From: Octopus sinensis
Taxonomy: Eukaryota
Length of the DNA stretch: 64,000 nucleotides
Reading direction: 5' to 3'
NCBI RefSeq assembly: GCF_006345805.1
Contig: NC_043000.1
Coordinates: 150,040,001-150,104,000, forward strand
This document shows positions 38,076 through 52,008 of the stretch, one piece after another. The notes below the pieces were generated by a model. It saw only the letters and a program-made list of their open reading frames with translations. It was not told where the DNA came from and made no database searches. Made by a program: the position numbers and the translations under genes. How positions within the stretch are numbered: position 1 is the first letter of the stretch; every line of letters starts with the position of its first letter.

Positions 38076-38320
38076 ACTGGCTTCTGTGCCGGTGGCATGT
38101 TAAAAGCACCAACCGATCGTGGCCGATGCCACACTCCCCTGGCACCTGTGCAGGTGGCACGTAAAAAGCACCCACTACACTCGCGGAGTGGTTGGCGTTA
38201 GGAAGGGCATCCAGCTGTAGAAACACTGCCAGATCAGACTGGAGCCTGGTGCAGCCCCTGGCTCCCCAGACCCCGGTCGAACCGTCCAACCCGTGCTAGC
38301 GCAGAAAACGGACGTTAAAC

Positions 38321-38346
<26 letters not shown>
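38076..38346 (+). mobile_element. Family C 3' end, subfamily C2
   Basis: Terminal CCGTGCTAGC.. variant and (ATG)n tail. Confidence 0.9.
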
Positions 38347-38352
<6 letters not shown>

Positions 38353-38559
38353 CATAACTTACACTTTTCCAAGCAGCTTTCATGAAACCTTGGCAATTTT
38401 GATATAAATAATTTATGTAATTTTTTAATGACAATGGCAACAATATATTATTTATCCATTATTTCTTTCTTTGATAAATTTAGTCATATGAAAAACAATC
38501 ATATGAGAGGTAATCTTCCTCCAAATGCTTTTTTGTTGGGTGAGGTGGTTCAGCAGTAG

Positions 38560-40830
38560 TTAGTTTCATCACTCAGTTATTTCCTTAGTCAACACACAGG
38601 CACTCATAACACTCATAACACTCTTGATCTCTTTTTCCCTGCCAAACTCAGTTTTATCAAACTACCACTAACTCTACATCTATTGGATTCTCCAAGCACC
38701 AAGTAATCAAGGCTCTTACTGCACTTCCACATGCTGATCAGAGTTTCTCCCATTTTTGCTAACTATTCTTGGCAGCAGTTGTGAAATTATCCTTGACCAA
38801 TCCCTGTCAGCTAAACAGGTGATTGATACCATCCTTTTGTGGCATATACTTTTATGTATCTCGCACAACTAAAACCTATTACACCAACTGTGCCAAATGG
38901 TTCACATACAAATGCAGTGCATCAATACTGTTGAAGAACATAGTCTACAATGTTTGGACAAATTTATCTCTCCTGCAAGACTATTGTTCAAAAAGCAAAA
39001 GATCCCTTTCTTTTGTGCATCATTCAAACTTCAAGATCTCCTACCTCCCAAATAGGGTCCTTATTGAAAGGATCTCTATCAACTTTGCAAAATACTCCTA
39101 CACACTACTTACCTTGATGTCTCTATAAGTAACACTCTTGCAGAGAAAACTTCCACATTTGCTGCTCACTTTGTCTTCCACTCCACAATACAAAAAACTG
39201 ACAAGACTCCTCCAAAACTTTCCTTCTCCATTATGCCTTCCCCCATCATCTTGTGCACATACATGCTAAGATCCAAAACACATCTGGTTGCTTCAAATCA
39301 ACTATGCCACCAGCCATGACTATATCGCTTCTATTACCTTCAAATGCCACACTTCAGATCTAGCTCCTATCATAACAAAGCTCTTTAATCTTTCTCTCTT
39401 GTAGGGCATCCCAAGAATGGCAACTATTTTGATTGAACCAATTATTAACCTATAATTTTCACTTCTAATATCTCATATATGATGGAAATAGTTGTTATTA
39501 GTTATCTTCTGCAATACATAGAGCCTTTGTTTTTCCTTGCTACCCATTGGTGCAACTTCCATAGAACCACTTCCACTGAGGATCGGCTTTCCTATCTTAC
39601 TTTCTAGTCATTTCTCATGTTTGAGAAATTCAGTGATGTTTATCTGTGCAGGTGGCACGTAAAAAGCACCCACTACACTCGCGGAGTGGTTGGCGTTAGG
39701 AAGGGCATCCAGCCGTAGCAACTCTGCCAGATCAGACTGGAGCCTGGAGCAGCCCCTGGCTTCCCAGACCCCGGTCGAACCATCCAACCCGTGCTAGCAC
39801 AGAAAACGGACGTTAAACGATGATGATGATGATGTTGTATTTGACATCAACTATATAGTTAACTGTATCAGCATGAGGATCTCCGAGTTAAGCTGATCCC
39901 TATGGGCTTTATATCCCTTTCATTTCTTGGCCTGTATGCTTCCTGTCAGATTGCACCATTGTATTTTGTGCTGATGGTGCTTCCCTGACCCACACCCTAT
40001 CAGTTCATCTGAACCCCAGACTTTTGTTATGTTTCTAAAGACAATCTTCTTTCTATTTATTAACAAATACTCATCACTCCTCTTTAACCTTACAAACATT
40101 GATGTCATCCACATACAACCTAGACACCTCACTTGAAACCTGCACTGCTCCGTGAACAGAAACCTCAGAGATATTTTCCAATTAGGACATGAAAATCATA
40201 TCTCTTTCAACAGTACAAAGACATATACTGTTCATATCAAAGAAACACTTACTCTGCTTGTAGGTAACACACAATTGAAACTCTAAAAGTTGCTTCAAAT
40301 GCTTGACCTGCCAGTATCGCATGATCTTTCTTGGCTTACCTTACATTCATAACAAGCATAGCATAAACTATATCCCAAAGACTAACCTTCCTTTTCCAAG
40401 CTAGAAAATATTTCATTTTCAATTAGCTACTAACCTCTTACGAAGCTCAGATAAAACCAACAGTGTAATACTACACCCTCATTTAGAATGCTACTGCTGC
40501 CGCTGTCTGCATGTGCGTGCACACACATGCACACACACACACACACACATATATCCAAACAGACATTTTCTTCACTCTGCCTATTCTGTTACTACTTCAA
40601 TAGTTTCTGCTCTTTGGAATTGAGTAGGTGTATATCACCCCTACCAAAGTTATATTGTTTCACATTAATTGCTGATCTTAACCCCAGTCCTCCCTTCCAC
40701 GACCTCAGCTGTCTGGAATTCCCTGCTTTGCACACATTTACCTGTAAACAGCAACTTGAATCAATTTTTTTAAAATTTTGGATGCTTTGTAAAGGTCATA
40801 GGCACAGCCCCCTCCTCCTGCTTAGTACCT
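38560..40830 (+). mobile_element. Very old CR1/L2-group LINE remnant
   Basis: Scattered motifs DLAPIITKLFNLSL, FNSTKT, SHDLSW, YEAQIKPTV, LFCYYFNSFCSLEL; heavily decayed. Confidence 0.6.
39644..39834 (+). mobile_element. Family C 3' end, subfamily C2, nested in the old LINE
   Basis: CCGTGCTAGCACAG and (ATG)n tail. Confidence 0.9.
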
Positions 40831-41190
40831 GTTAACCAATTCCATGTATGAAAACGTAGAGAAGTATTTCAAAATTTGTTAAATGGTGGAGCTTATACTT
40901 TTCATTTTGGTACTTTAAATATTTACCTCAGAATGTTTACTGCTTTTGAGAACTTATCTAATGAGATGACTGTTTTCATGGGTGAATCAAAATAAATTCT
41001 TAAATTTAAACAATATCAAAGTGTGAGAGCTGGGTAGTTATTGTGTCTCAAAGCAACAACAACAGAGTGCATTAAAATATTACTCAAAGCATTCATTTCA
41101 TATGAACTGCTGTTGATTATTTAGACTAGGTACTCTTAACTGTACTCAATGAAAATGATAGCCTAGAGTTTCAGGAGAGTTGAAAAACTA

Positions 41191-41601
41191 TCTTTTCTTT
41201 TATTCTTTTACTTGTTTCAGTCACTTAAATGACTGTGGCCATGCTGGAGACCACCTTTAGTCGAGCAAATCGACACCAGAGCTTGTTCTTTGTAAGCCTC
41301 GTACTTATTCTATCGGTCTCTGTTGCCAAACCGCTAAGTTACGGGGACATAAACACACCAGCATCGATTGTCAAGTGATGTTGGGGGGACAAACACAAAC
41401 ACACACACACACACACACATATACATATACGACAGGCTTCTTCTAGTTTCCGTCTACCAAATCCACACACAAGGCTTTGGTCGGCCCGAGGCTATAGTAG
41501 AAGACACTTGCCCAAGGTGTCACACAGTGGGACTGAACCTGGGACCATGGACCATGTGGTTGGTAAGTAAGCTACTTACCACACAGCCACTCCTGCACCT
41601 A
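41191..41601 (-). mobile_element. SINE family A
   Basis: Reverse-complement match. Confidence 0.9.
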
Positions 41602-41813
41602 AATGTTTGTAATGATAAAAGATTTTCTTAACACTTTTGAAAGAAGGTTGCATTGAATTTTTAAAATGTGTGGTTGTATAAGTTGTGTATAATTTGTTTC
41701 TCAGACTCACCACTACTATCTTTGCCAGTCATAACTGTACTTTGCTTCAGAAATCATATCTGGGTTTTTTGGGGTTTTTTTTTTTTTTGCTGACCAGTTA
41801 TTACATTCTTTAA

Positions 41814-42033
41814 CCCTTTAGCATTCACATTAATTCGTCAATTCTAATGCTTATTTATCCACATTGTTTCAAATTAATTATGCATTATCTCATAGCTTCG
41901 TGATTTTGATGATGTGATTGTCTATGTTTAAAATGACACTGTAGGCTAGGTATGAGAGGTCAGATTTGGCCTGTTTAAACATAAAATACATCAAATATTT
42001 GGGCCGGATATGGCCTGTTTGAATGCTAAAGGG
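41814..42033 (-). mobile_element. piggyBac-type MITE (family 1)
   Basis: TTAA|CCCTTTAGC...GCTAAAGGG|TTAA; interior is the reverse complement of the 21387 type. Confidence 0.87.
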
Positions 42034-42757
42034 TTAAAGGCTATATCATTTGTAGTGACAGGTTTGAATGTGTGTACAGATTCACAGGTATGTGAATATG
42101 GTGGATGGAGAAAGATTAATTATTGCATAATGTATTTACGATGCCTGCAATAATTCATATTGCTCGTTAGAATTTTGTTTTTTATACTTTTTGGTTTTCA
42201 TTGCTTGTTAAAGTGGGTTTTTTTTTTTTATTTTTTTGTTAGGATTTTTTGTTGCTTTTTTTTTTCTGAAAGAAAACAGCACATATTTATTGGTTTTGGG
42301 AGAATTGGACAACATTCTCCTCCACTTGAAACTCTTCACACATCTCCTTCACATCAGCTCATCATTTGAAATCAATAATCTCTCTCTCTCCATTCTCTCC
42401 CTCTCCTCCTCTCCCTTCCTGTTCTCCCTCTCTCTCCTCTCTCCCTTTCAATGTCTATTGACACATTATTTCTATTGCATGCATCAATGAAAATGATATC
42501 CAAAAGCTAAGCTTTTGCCAATGTTTTCAATATTATATAGTTTATAAATTCATAAAATCAATGTGATGTTCTTTTTCTGAGATAATTCCTGGGTTAAGTG
42601 AAAACAAAGTAATAAATCTTGACAGCTCTCTTTTTTTTTTCCTCTCCCTAAAAGTATTTTGATTGGTATGCAATAGTTGCAACTCTTCTCATCTCTGACC
42701 ATCCAGTACTGAAGTGGTGCCTAATTTTAGATAAGCTCACAGAGGCATATAGAATAA

Positions 42758-43164
42758 TAGTGGCTGTGTAGTAAGTAGCTTGTTTACCAACCACATGGTT
42801 CCGGGTTCAGTCCCACTGCGTGGCACCTTGGGCAAGTGTCTTCTACTATAGCCTCGGGCTGACCAAAGCTTTGTGAATGGATTTGGTAGACGGAAACTGA
42901 AAGAAGCCCATCGTATATATGTATATATATATATGTATGTATGTGTGTGTGTATATTTGTGTGTCTGTGTTTGTCCCCCAACATCGCTTGACAATCGATG
43001 CTGGTGTGTTTATGTCCCCGTAACTTAGCGGTTCGGCAAAAGAGACCGATAGAATAAGTACTAGGCTTACAAAGAATAAGTCCTGGGGTTGAATTCTTCG
43101 ACTAAAGGCGGTGCTCCAGCATGGCCGCAGTCAAATGACTGAAACAAGTAAAAGAGTAAAAGAG
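42758..43164 (+). mobile_element. SINE family A
   Basis: Full-length match. Confidence 0.92.
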
Positions 43165-43445
43165 TATCAAATAATACAAAATTAGTGATATTATTTAAAA
43201 AAAACCTTATACCTTTAAATCAGTTGTCCAGCACCTTAACCACTAACCAAACTTATTTGCAGATTGTCTATAAGGAATCAAGTTTAAAACTTTTAAACCT
43301 ACAGTCACTAGAGCATTTTAAAACAGTAAAGTGATGATGGTAAAAGTTAGGATAAAATTGGTGGTTGCAGTGGGCTCATATGAGAGTTGACAAACTTATG
43401 AAAATACATTTGACAGGCACAGGGTTATATTGATTAAAAGATTAT

Positions 43446-43854
43446 AGGCGCAGGAGTGGCTGTGTGGTAAGTAGCTTGCTAACCAACCACATGGTTCTGG
43501 GTTCAGTCCCACTGCATGGCATCTTGGGCAAATGTCTTCTGCTATAGCCCCGGGCCGACCAATGCCTTGTGAGTGAATTTGGTAGACGGAAACTGAAAGA
43601 AGCCTGTCGTATATATGTATATATATATGTATGCGTATGTATATGTTTGTGTGTCTGTGTTTGTCCCTCTAGCATTGCTTTACAACCGATGCTGGTGTGT
43701 TTACGTCCCCGTCACTTAGCGGTTCGGCAAAAGAGACCGATAGAATAAGTACCGGGCTTACAAAGAATAAGTCCCGGGGTCGATTTGCTCGACTAAAGGC
43801 AGTGCTCCAGCATGGCCGCAGTCAAATGACTGAAACAAGTAAAAGAGTAAAGAG
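43446..43854 (+). mobile_element. SINE family A
   Basis: Full-length match. Confidence 0.93.
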
Positions 43855-43918
43855 TATATCTGGAACTTCTTTCGCTATAATACTTAAATCTATTTTAAAA
43901 TTCTTGGTTACTGAATTT

Positions 43919-45900
43919 ATGAAAATGGACAGGGCATCTAGGTCTGACAAATTTGACATTCTAACAAATTCTCGATGTGGTAAAAAGTTTAATTTCTGGA
44001 TAAGAGGATTCATGTATTTCTTAGCAACTATCGATTCTGATTTGAATCCTAACAAACTAGAGCTTTTATTCCTATATATTGCACTTAATAGAGTAGATGT
44101 TATAAAAGACTAGCAGTATTGCCCGGCGTTGCTCAGGTTTGTTTCGACCCTTTAGAATTGGAATTTTTGAAAATTAAAAATTTTGCATTATGTAGCTTGT
44201 TATTCTCTTTAAGTGAACACTTTTCTGGTTGAAATACACTGAAAAATGGCAACACAGCAGTCAAAAAATCGTAAAAAAGAGGGATTTTCATAGAAAAAAA
44301 AAAGCACCTTTTTGATGTAAATTATTTTTGGTGTTAACATGGTCCGATTTGAATTTTTTCTTCTACGGAAAGAAGAGCAAGCCTTCTTCTATCATACTCT
44401 CAATTTTGGTCAACTTGCGCCGCAGGTTCTAGGAGGAGGTAGTGTTAGTTGAAGGCTACCAAACCTGCGATACACAGACAACTTCAGCTTTATATATAGA
44501 GAGATTACAACTTTTGATAATGCTTTCTAGCTGTTTATAACAGCTAGAAAGAAGTGTATGTGAAACCACCCATAAACATATGCCAGATACCTTCTGTCTG
44601 CACAATTCTCAAAGCTCAGCAGAAACGAAGATGAATTTCTCCAGAATTTAATTGTATTAGTTCATGATTGAATTTTAAAGCTATAATGATTGGCAAAAGT
44701 AAGCCATCATATATATATAAGTGGTTCTTTTGTAGAAGAAATACATTCAAGCATTATCAGGACCAGACCACTAGAGAATAAAACCTTACCAGCAGATTGT
44801 TCTTCAACAAGCTAGTAGAATCATGTTGTTTCTGTGAACCTTCTAATGTTAACAAGGTAAATTTGAATATTTTTTCACTGCAAATTTAGAGACCATGCAT
44901 TTGCAGTGGCTACACAAAAAGATTCACTCTCCAATAAGAAAAGACTCTGTCAATTTCTCTCAAACTATCAATTGTTTTACGGAGCTGTATGTTTACCTAG
45001 TTCTACATACAGATGATCTAGTCAATGATGTAGCCAAAAATAAATATTATTGCAAAATCGATCTAAGTAGCACTTACATTGGTAAAATGACTGTAGAAAG
45101 ACCTTTCACAGCTTTTCCCATTAGGAATGTTATGCATGGTCTAATGGATAGTGGGGTGTCTATATCAATGTAATCAAATTCCTACACATATTAAAAGTAA
45201 TATATTAATGTTTCAGGGAATCATCAATGACTTTATCAACAAAAATAATCTTACGAGTATCCATTTGGATGACTTTTTTTTTTAGTTTGTAGTGAAAGAA
45301 AATCAGAACATGATATCAACCTTTCAGATCCCTTTCAACCTGCTGAACATGTCAACTGACTTCAAACAAAAGTAAATGTAAATATGATCTAATATCTACT
45401 AACTTTTTAGGTTATCTCATTTCACTTAGAGAATTACATCCTGATTCAAAATGTCTTTAACCTCTTGAAGAGCAATCTGCACTTCAAAAAATATCACACA
45501 CTTTGTCAAGTTTGATCTTCCCTACTCTTTGAAAATTAGGCTGTTAATCAGTACAAATATTTCTTTCTATCTGAGGATGCTGTAAAATGTAACAATTCTG
45601 TTAAAAATTATATTAAACAGCCTACTGTAGCCTGCTCCAATGATGATTTACCTTTTACTATTGAAACAAATCCTAATATAAAAATCAATGCTCACTATCT
45701 CAGAGTAATAGATGCTTTCAAGTTCCTTAAAGAATCCTGAAAAACACTTTTACCATATTGCCAGAAAAAGAAGCTTATGCAGCTACACAGGCTGTGAGGA
45801 AAAGGAAATATTTCAATTTGGTGACTGATCAAAGATCCATTTCCTTTGTGATTGACAGTGAAAACCTTGGGAAAATACAATAATGATAAAATCCATTGCT
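43919..45900 (+). mobile_element. Decayed Ty3/gypsy LTR retrotransposon internal region (gag, RT, RNase H)
   Basis: gag-like MDRASRSDKFD...W...F.YFL...KL, VYVKP and IIRTRPLENKTL; RT FSQTINCFT...DDLVNDVAKNKYYCKIDLSS, HLDD, FLGY; RNase H EKEAYA...AVRK...LVTDQRS. Confidence 0.8.
44110..44504 (-). mobile_element. Non-autonomous Helitron inserted in gypsy gag
   Basis: Minus strand A|TC...CTAG|T with subterminal hairpin CCTGAGCAACGCCGGG. Confidence 0.85.
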
Positions 45901-46677
45901 GACAAATCAAAATTTCTCCTCTCCCAAATGCTATAAATTATTTCAACAGTTATAAATTTAGAATGACTTTGTACTCCTCATTACATCTTGGTTTAGAAAG
46001 AGTGCTTCATTTTATAGAAGGTCCATAGAAGATACATAACCTACTCATTTTCTGTTAAAGAAGTTTAGCAAATGACTTCTACAGTCTAATAACTCAAATG
46101 TATACTTACATGCTATAATTGGTGAATTTTCTCATTTTCCACTCCCCCTATCCATTCTGTGACAAGTATTTCAACTGTAAGAAAGTGCTTCACTCATCAC
46201 TTTTCTGTTTTTTTAATACTATCATTTATTCATTCAGGTAGTAGGGCCTCCTTCATTCTTACAGACTTGAAATGACTCCTAAATAGGTTTCTATAAGCTC
46301 TAAAATCCCTTTGAGAATCCATATGAAGCTGAGAAAGAGAGAGATGAAATAGTGATGATGAGGAGGTATCAGGAGGATCCTCAAGATGAGTAGGAGTGAA
46401 TGAGAACAGTTGAACAAGGATTGTAGGTGAGTAGAGGTTCCAAGAGTGTATGGGACAAGTGAGGGAGAGTTAGAGCTGAGGAATGGGTGAGGGGACAAAT
46501 ATAATGAATGAACAATAGGAGTTGAGGGGTAATCAATGTTAAACATATGTTGGAGGGAAGGTAAGGAAGTGTAGGTGATGACTCTTGAGATTTGGTAGTG
46601 CTGAGGTGCAGATATTGGGAGTCGAGGGCAAGTGGGGAGAATGATCATCAATATATATATATATATATGTATGTATA

Positions 46678-46831
46678 TAAGTAGCTTGCTTACAAACCAC
46701 ATGGTTCCGGGTTCAGTCCCACTGTGTGGCACCTTAGGCAAGTGTCTTCTACTATAGCCTCGGGCCGACCAAAGCCTTGTGAGTGGATTTGGTAGACGGA
46801 AACTGAAAGTCGCCCGTCATATATATATGTG

Positions 46832-46881
<50 letters not shown>

Positions 46882-47083
46882 GTGTATGTTTGGGTCCCCC
46901 CCCCCAACATCTCTTGACAACTGATGCTGGTGTGTTTGCGTCCCCGTAGCTTAGCAGTTTAGCAAGAGAGACTGATAGAATAAGTCCTAGGCTTACAAAG
47001 AATAAGTCCTGGGGTCGATTTGCTCAACTAAAGGTGCTGCTCCAGCCTGACCACAGTCAGATGACTGAAACAAGTAAAAGAGT
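46678..47083 (+). mobile_element. SINE family A, 5'-clipped
   Basis: Match to family A. Confidence 0.9.
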
Positions 47084-47894
47084 ATATATATGAGTTGAAG
47101 AGGTAGATTAGGTGATGATTGACAGTATAGACTGGAATGAAGAGCAGCAGAATAGTAATAATGGTACAGTAAACAAGGTGAGAATGAGAGGAAGGGAAAA
47201 GAAAGGGCATGTGGTTGGGTGGGTTTCAAGAGTGTGAACAGAGAGAGAGAGAGATGTATAGAGTGGAAGTAGAGATAACTTGGCGGCACAGAAGGATGAC
47301 CAGTGTGAAATGTGGGTGAGGAAGAACAGTATTAAGAACGAAGGAAGGATATCAAGTGAAATAGTCCTGAGTTGTGAGAAAGATTTAATCACAACACCAG
47401 AATACTGCAGTTAGGGGTCAGTGATTGAGAGTTGATGAGTGTCAGGGATGGCTTGAGGAAGGAATTGGATGAGGGGGCCCAGTTGTATCTTATTCAAAAT
47501 TCAGATCACTAGTAGGACCCTTAGAACCTTCAGAGGTTAATCCAAATTATGCTTCTGTAAGGTTTATTAATGTCAGAAAAGGGCACATTTTCTACAGGAC
47601 ATCTAGGTCCTTGCAGCCATGTTGAATATCAAACTATGCCATTTAGAATATAAGCAGTAAATAGGTTATCTGTGATTTAAGAAAATGGTGAAATATACCA
47701 TTGTCACCTCACTCCTGTTGGTTCATCTATGCCTATATTCAGTAGCCCAAGCCAAACTTTGGAGAAACCCCCAGAAATGTGCCATTTTGTTGATCAACAA
47801 AATTGTAAACCAGTTGAACACTCAAATTTGTAAAGTTTTTTTTTTTATATATATATATATATATAGAATGTAATTGTAATTTATTAGTTGCATA

Positions 47895-48302
47895 ACTCTT
47901 TACTCTTTTACTTGTTTCAGTCATTTGACTGTGGCCATGCTGGAGCACCGCCTTTAATCGAGCAACTCGACCCCGGGACTTATTCTTTTGTAAGCCCAGT
48001 ACTTATTCTATCAGTCTCTTTCGCCGAACCGCTAAGTAACGGGGACGTAAACACACCAGCATCGGTTGTCAAGCAATGCTAAGGGGGACAAACACAGACA
48101 CACAAACACACACACGCATATATATATATATACATATATACGACGGGCTTCTTTCAGTTTCCTTCTACCAAATCCACTCACAAGGCTTTGGTCGGCCAGA
48201 GGCTATAGTAGAAGACACTTGCCCAAGGTGCCACGCAGTGGGACTGAACCCGGAACCATGTGGTTGGTAAACAAGCTACTTACCACACAGCCATTCCTGC
48301 GC
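47895..48302 (-). mobile_element. SINE family A
   Basis: Reverse-complement match. Confidence 0.92.
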
Positions 48303-49054
48303 ATAAGATCACTTTCATAATTAATAACTGATGTGAATTTGTAAAATGAAGTGTCTAACACTAAAAAAGTTTAAAGAGAAACAAAAGGCATAACATTTCA
48401 CTCAGTCTACTCAGTTGGTGATGATAAAGGTGTGGCTGTGTAATAAGAAATTTGCTTCCAACCACATGGTTTCGGGTTCAGTTCCACTGCATTGCACTTT
48501 GAGCAAGAGTCTTTCTTCTACTTGCTCAAAGTGCTCCTGGCTGACTAAATCCTTGTGTCACCATCATGCAAATGATGTCCTCCATTTTCAAATTCCCATG
48601 AAAACACCTAGTTATGGAGAAATATTACCTAAGTTGAAAACAGGTGAGTGTTGGTGATAGAAAGGACATCTGGCTGTAGAGAATGTACCAAAAAAAATAA
48701 CGTTCTGTCTGACCCTTTCGAGCATGGAAAAGTGAACGTTAAAATGATGTCCCAGACATCAGAATATTTATTCTCAGAATGTTTATTGAGGCCTGAACTT
48801 TATTCCTTCTTAAACCTAAGCTGGAAACCATATAATGATAAACTTCCCAAAACTTAACTATAATTTCTTTCTTGTAACTTACACCCACTAAGAACAAGAA
48901 TTATTTTGTAGAATCTTGGTTCCACCACATACCAGGTAGACATCCGACATTTGTATTACAAATACCAATTAACTTCTGGCACACAACTTTTCATTTACAC
49001 TACTACTACTACTACTACTACTATTCTTATAATTTTTTTTTTATTTTAAACAAT

Positions 49055-49473
49055 GGCACAGGAGTGGCTGTGTGGTAAGTAGCTTGCTAACCAACCACAT
49101 GGTTCCGGGTTCGGTCCCACTGCGTGGCATCTTGGGCAAGTGTCTTCTACTATAGCCTCGGGCCAACCAATGCCTTGTGAGTGGATTTGGTAGACGGAAA
49201 CTGAAAGAAGCCTGTTGTATATATGTATATATATATATGTGTGCGTGTGTGTGTGTGTTTGTGTGTCTGTGTTTGTCCCCCTAGCATTGCTTGACAACCG
49301 ATGCTGGTGTGTTTACATCGCCGTCACTTAGCGGTTCGGTAAAAGAGACCAATAGAATAAGTACTGGGCTTACAAAGAATAAGTCCCGGGGTCGATTTGC
49401 TCGACTAAAAAGGCGGTGCTCCAGCATGGCCGCAGTCAAATGACTGAAACAAGTAAAGGTAAAGGTTAAAGGT
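49055..49473 (+). mobile_element. SINE family A
   Basis: Full-length match. Confidence 0.93.
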
Positions 49474-49575
49474 CAATGAAAAAGACATTCATACTAACTT
49501 TATTTATTAAGAGTCATATCATCAATCTCTAACTTTTGATTACCTTTAAAAAAGTGGATCCAAAAAATTTTCAGG

Positions 49576-49848
49576 GCTGCCTTGACTGGCTTCCGTGCCG
49601 GTGGCACGTTAAAAGCACCAACCGATCGTGGCCGATGCCAGACTCCCCTGGCACCTGTGCCGGTGGCATGTAAAAAGCACCCACTACACTCGCGGAGTGG
49701 TTGGTGTTAGGAAGGGCATCCAGCTGTAGAAACACTGCCAGATCAAACTGGAGCCTTGTGCAGCCCCTGGCTTCCCAGACCCCGGTTGAACCGTCCAACC
49801 CGTGCTGGCACGGAAAACGGATGTTAAACGATGATGATGATGATGATG
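49576..49848 (+). mobile_element. Family C 3' end, subfamily C2
   Basis: CCGTGCTGGCACGG and (ATG)n tail. Confidence 0.9.
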
Positions 49849-50491
49849 AGATGGTATCCCTCTGTTTTTCTGAAATCACAAAATAGCATTCCTATCAGAA
49901 ATCAAAAGCTATAACCTCTTAAGCTGAATGTGTAACACTAGCATTGTTATGGAATCAATAAATAAAGACAACTTCATATTTTTTCATTGTTAAAAACAAC
50001 AGTACATCCATTGACAGCTAATCAACTTTTAATGTTTTTAAATGAATGGACAGTAACAAACATTGGCTATTATATATTTGAATATTCTGAAGCATGTCCA
50101 AATATATATCTTATGTGAAGAATATGAAACTTCCTATATATGTTTGACAAATTATTGAACTAGTTACAGTGTTATTTGAATAATACATGTCAATTTCTCT
50201 AAACCTTGTTTCTTTAGATACTTGATAACCCCTTTTGATACCAGTCTACCTGACACTGATCCTGGTTTTATAATACAGACTTCCTGTTTTGAAGTAATCT
50301 AAAAAAAAAAACCTTCCATCAAATTTTCATGTTAATTCATGTTCCTAACTGCTGTTTAATAATGAAGTTATTTTACTAAATTATTATTTTCAAAATTAAT
50401 TTAAACAAAGGCAGGCAGTATATTTCAATATAAATATGGTAACAAAAGGGTGAATTACTTATAGATTACAGCAACAGTTAACTAAGTATAT

Positions 50492-50900
50492 AGGCGCAGG
50501 AGTGGCTGTGTGGTAAGTAGCTTGCGAACCAACCACATGGTTCCAGGTTCAGTCCCACTGCGTGGCATCTTGGGCAGGTGTCTTCTACTATTGCCTCGGG
50601 CCAACCAAAGCCTTGTGAGTGGATTTGGTAGACGGAGACTGAAAGAAGCCCGTCGTATATATGTATATATATATGTATGTGTGTGTGTTTGTGTGTCCGT
50701 GTTTGTCCCTCTAGCATTGCTTGACAACCGATGCTGGTGTGTTTACGTCCCCGTTACTTAGCGGTTCGGCAAAAGAGACCGATAGAATAAGTACTGGGCT
50801 TACAAAGAATAAGTCCCGGGGTCGAGTTGCTCGACTAAAGGCGGTGCTCCAGCATGGCCGCAGTCAAATGACTGAAACAAGTAAAAGAGAGTAAAGAGTA
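50492..50900 (+). mobile_element. SINE family A
   Basis: Full-length match. Confidence 0.93.
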
Positions 50901-51022
50901 AGTCGTTTAATATTTTTTATATCTTTATAGATGACCTACAAAATTGTTTTCCACATTCAAAAATAACATATGCTGATGATGTTAAACTGTTTACTCAGTT
51001 TCAAGTTATGTTGAAACTTTAA

Positions 51023-51457
51023 CCCTTTTTAGTTACCATATTTCCATTTGAAATACACAGCCTTTGTTTCAATAAATTGTGAAAATAAAGAATTTGGTAA
51101 AATCATCTTGCCATTATTCAGCTGGTATTTGGGAAAAAATTGATATGAAATTTTGCTAAGGCAGCAAGTTGGCAGAATTGTTATCTGGCTAGGCAAAATG
51201 CTTTGCAGCATTTCAACCATCTTTACATTCTGAGTTCAAATGCTACTAAGGATGACCATGCTTTTCATCCTTTTTGGGTTTGATAAAAATAAGTACCAGC
51301 TGAGTACTGAGGTCTATGTAATTAACTTACCTCCTCCCCTGTAACTGCTGGCCTTGTGCCAAAATTTGAAACCAGCATGAAATTTTGATGGAAGGTTTAA
51401 AACTTAAGTCTGTATCATAGAACCAGAGTGGTCTCAGGTAGGTTGTTATCAAAAGGG
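51023..51457. mobile_element. piggyBac-type MITE (family 2) containing an old family-B-like SINE (51156-51376)
   Basis: TTAA|CCCTTT...AAAGGG|CTAA; SINE bounded by 11-bp TSD ATGAAATTTTG (51145-55, 51377-87). Confidence 0.8.
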
Positions 51458-51639
51458 CTAATATTTGATTTACAGAATACTTTTGAATGATCCAAGAGGA
51501 TACAACCAAAAATTGAAAAGTGTTCTGTAATGCTTTTAGGTCACAGTAATTAGTGATATTATAATTAAAAATATTAATTGATTTTCTTTTTGTAGTTGTT
51601 GGAAAATTTGTAGATTTTGGTATTCACAAATAATCTTTT

Positions 51640-51906
51640 GATGGTGCCACATAAAAAAGCACTCGTGCCAGACCCACATATAGGGCTCTTGTGCCAGTCC
51701 CCGCGTAAAAGCACCTGTGCCCATGGCACATTAAAAGCACCCCACGCACACTGTAAAGTGGTTGACATTAAGAAGGGCATCCAGCTGTGGAAACCAAGCA
51801 AGATAAGACTGGAACCTGGTGCAGCTCCCAAGCTTGCCAGCTCTGGTCAAATCATCCCACCCATGCCGGCATGGAAAACAGATGTGAAAGGATAATGATG
51901 ATGATG
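51640..51906 (+). mobile_element. Old family-C-like LINE 3' end
   Basis: AGAAGGGCATCCAGCTGT...CCATGCCGGCATGG...ATGATGATG. Confidence 0.75.
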
Positions 51907-52008
51907 TCTGTGTGTTGTCTTACAATTGTTAATATTTCATTTGGTCCTGAAAAACTTTAATTGCTTATTTACTTTCTTCTACATAATTCAACAAATTCTA
52001 GAATTATA

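Noticed and set aside
43822-44109. Protein-like minus-strand ORF (KYMNPLIQKLNFLPHREFVRM...) as a host exon
   Set aside because: No convincing splice sites. The plus strand matches a gypsy gag N-terminus that continues past the Helitron into gag and pol motifs.
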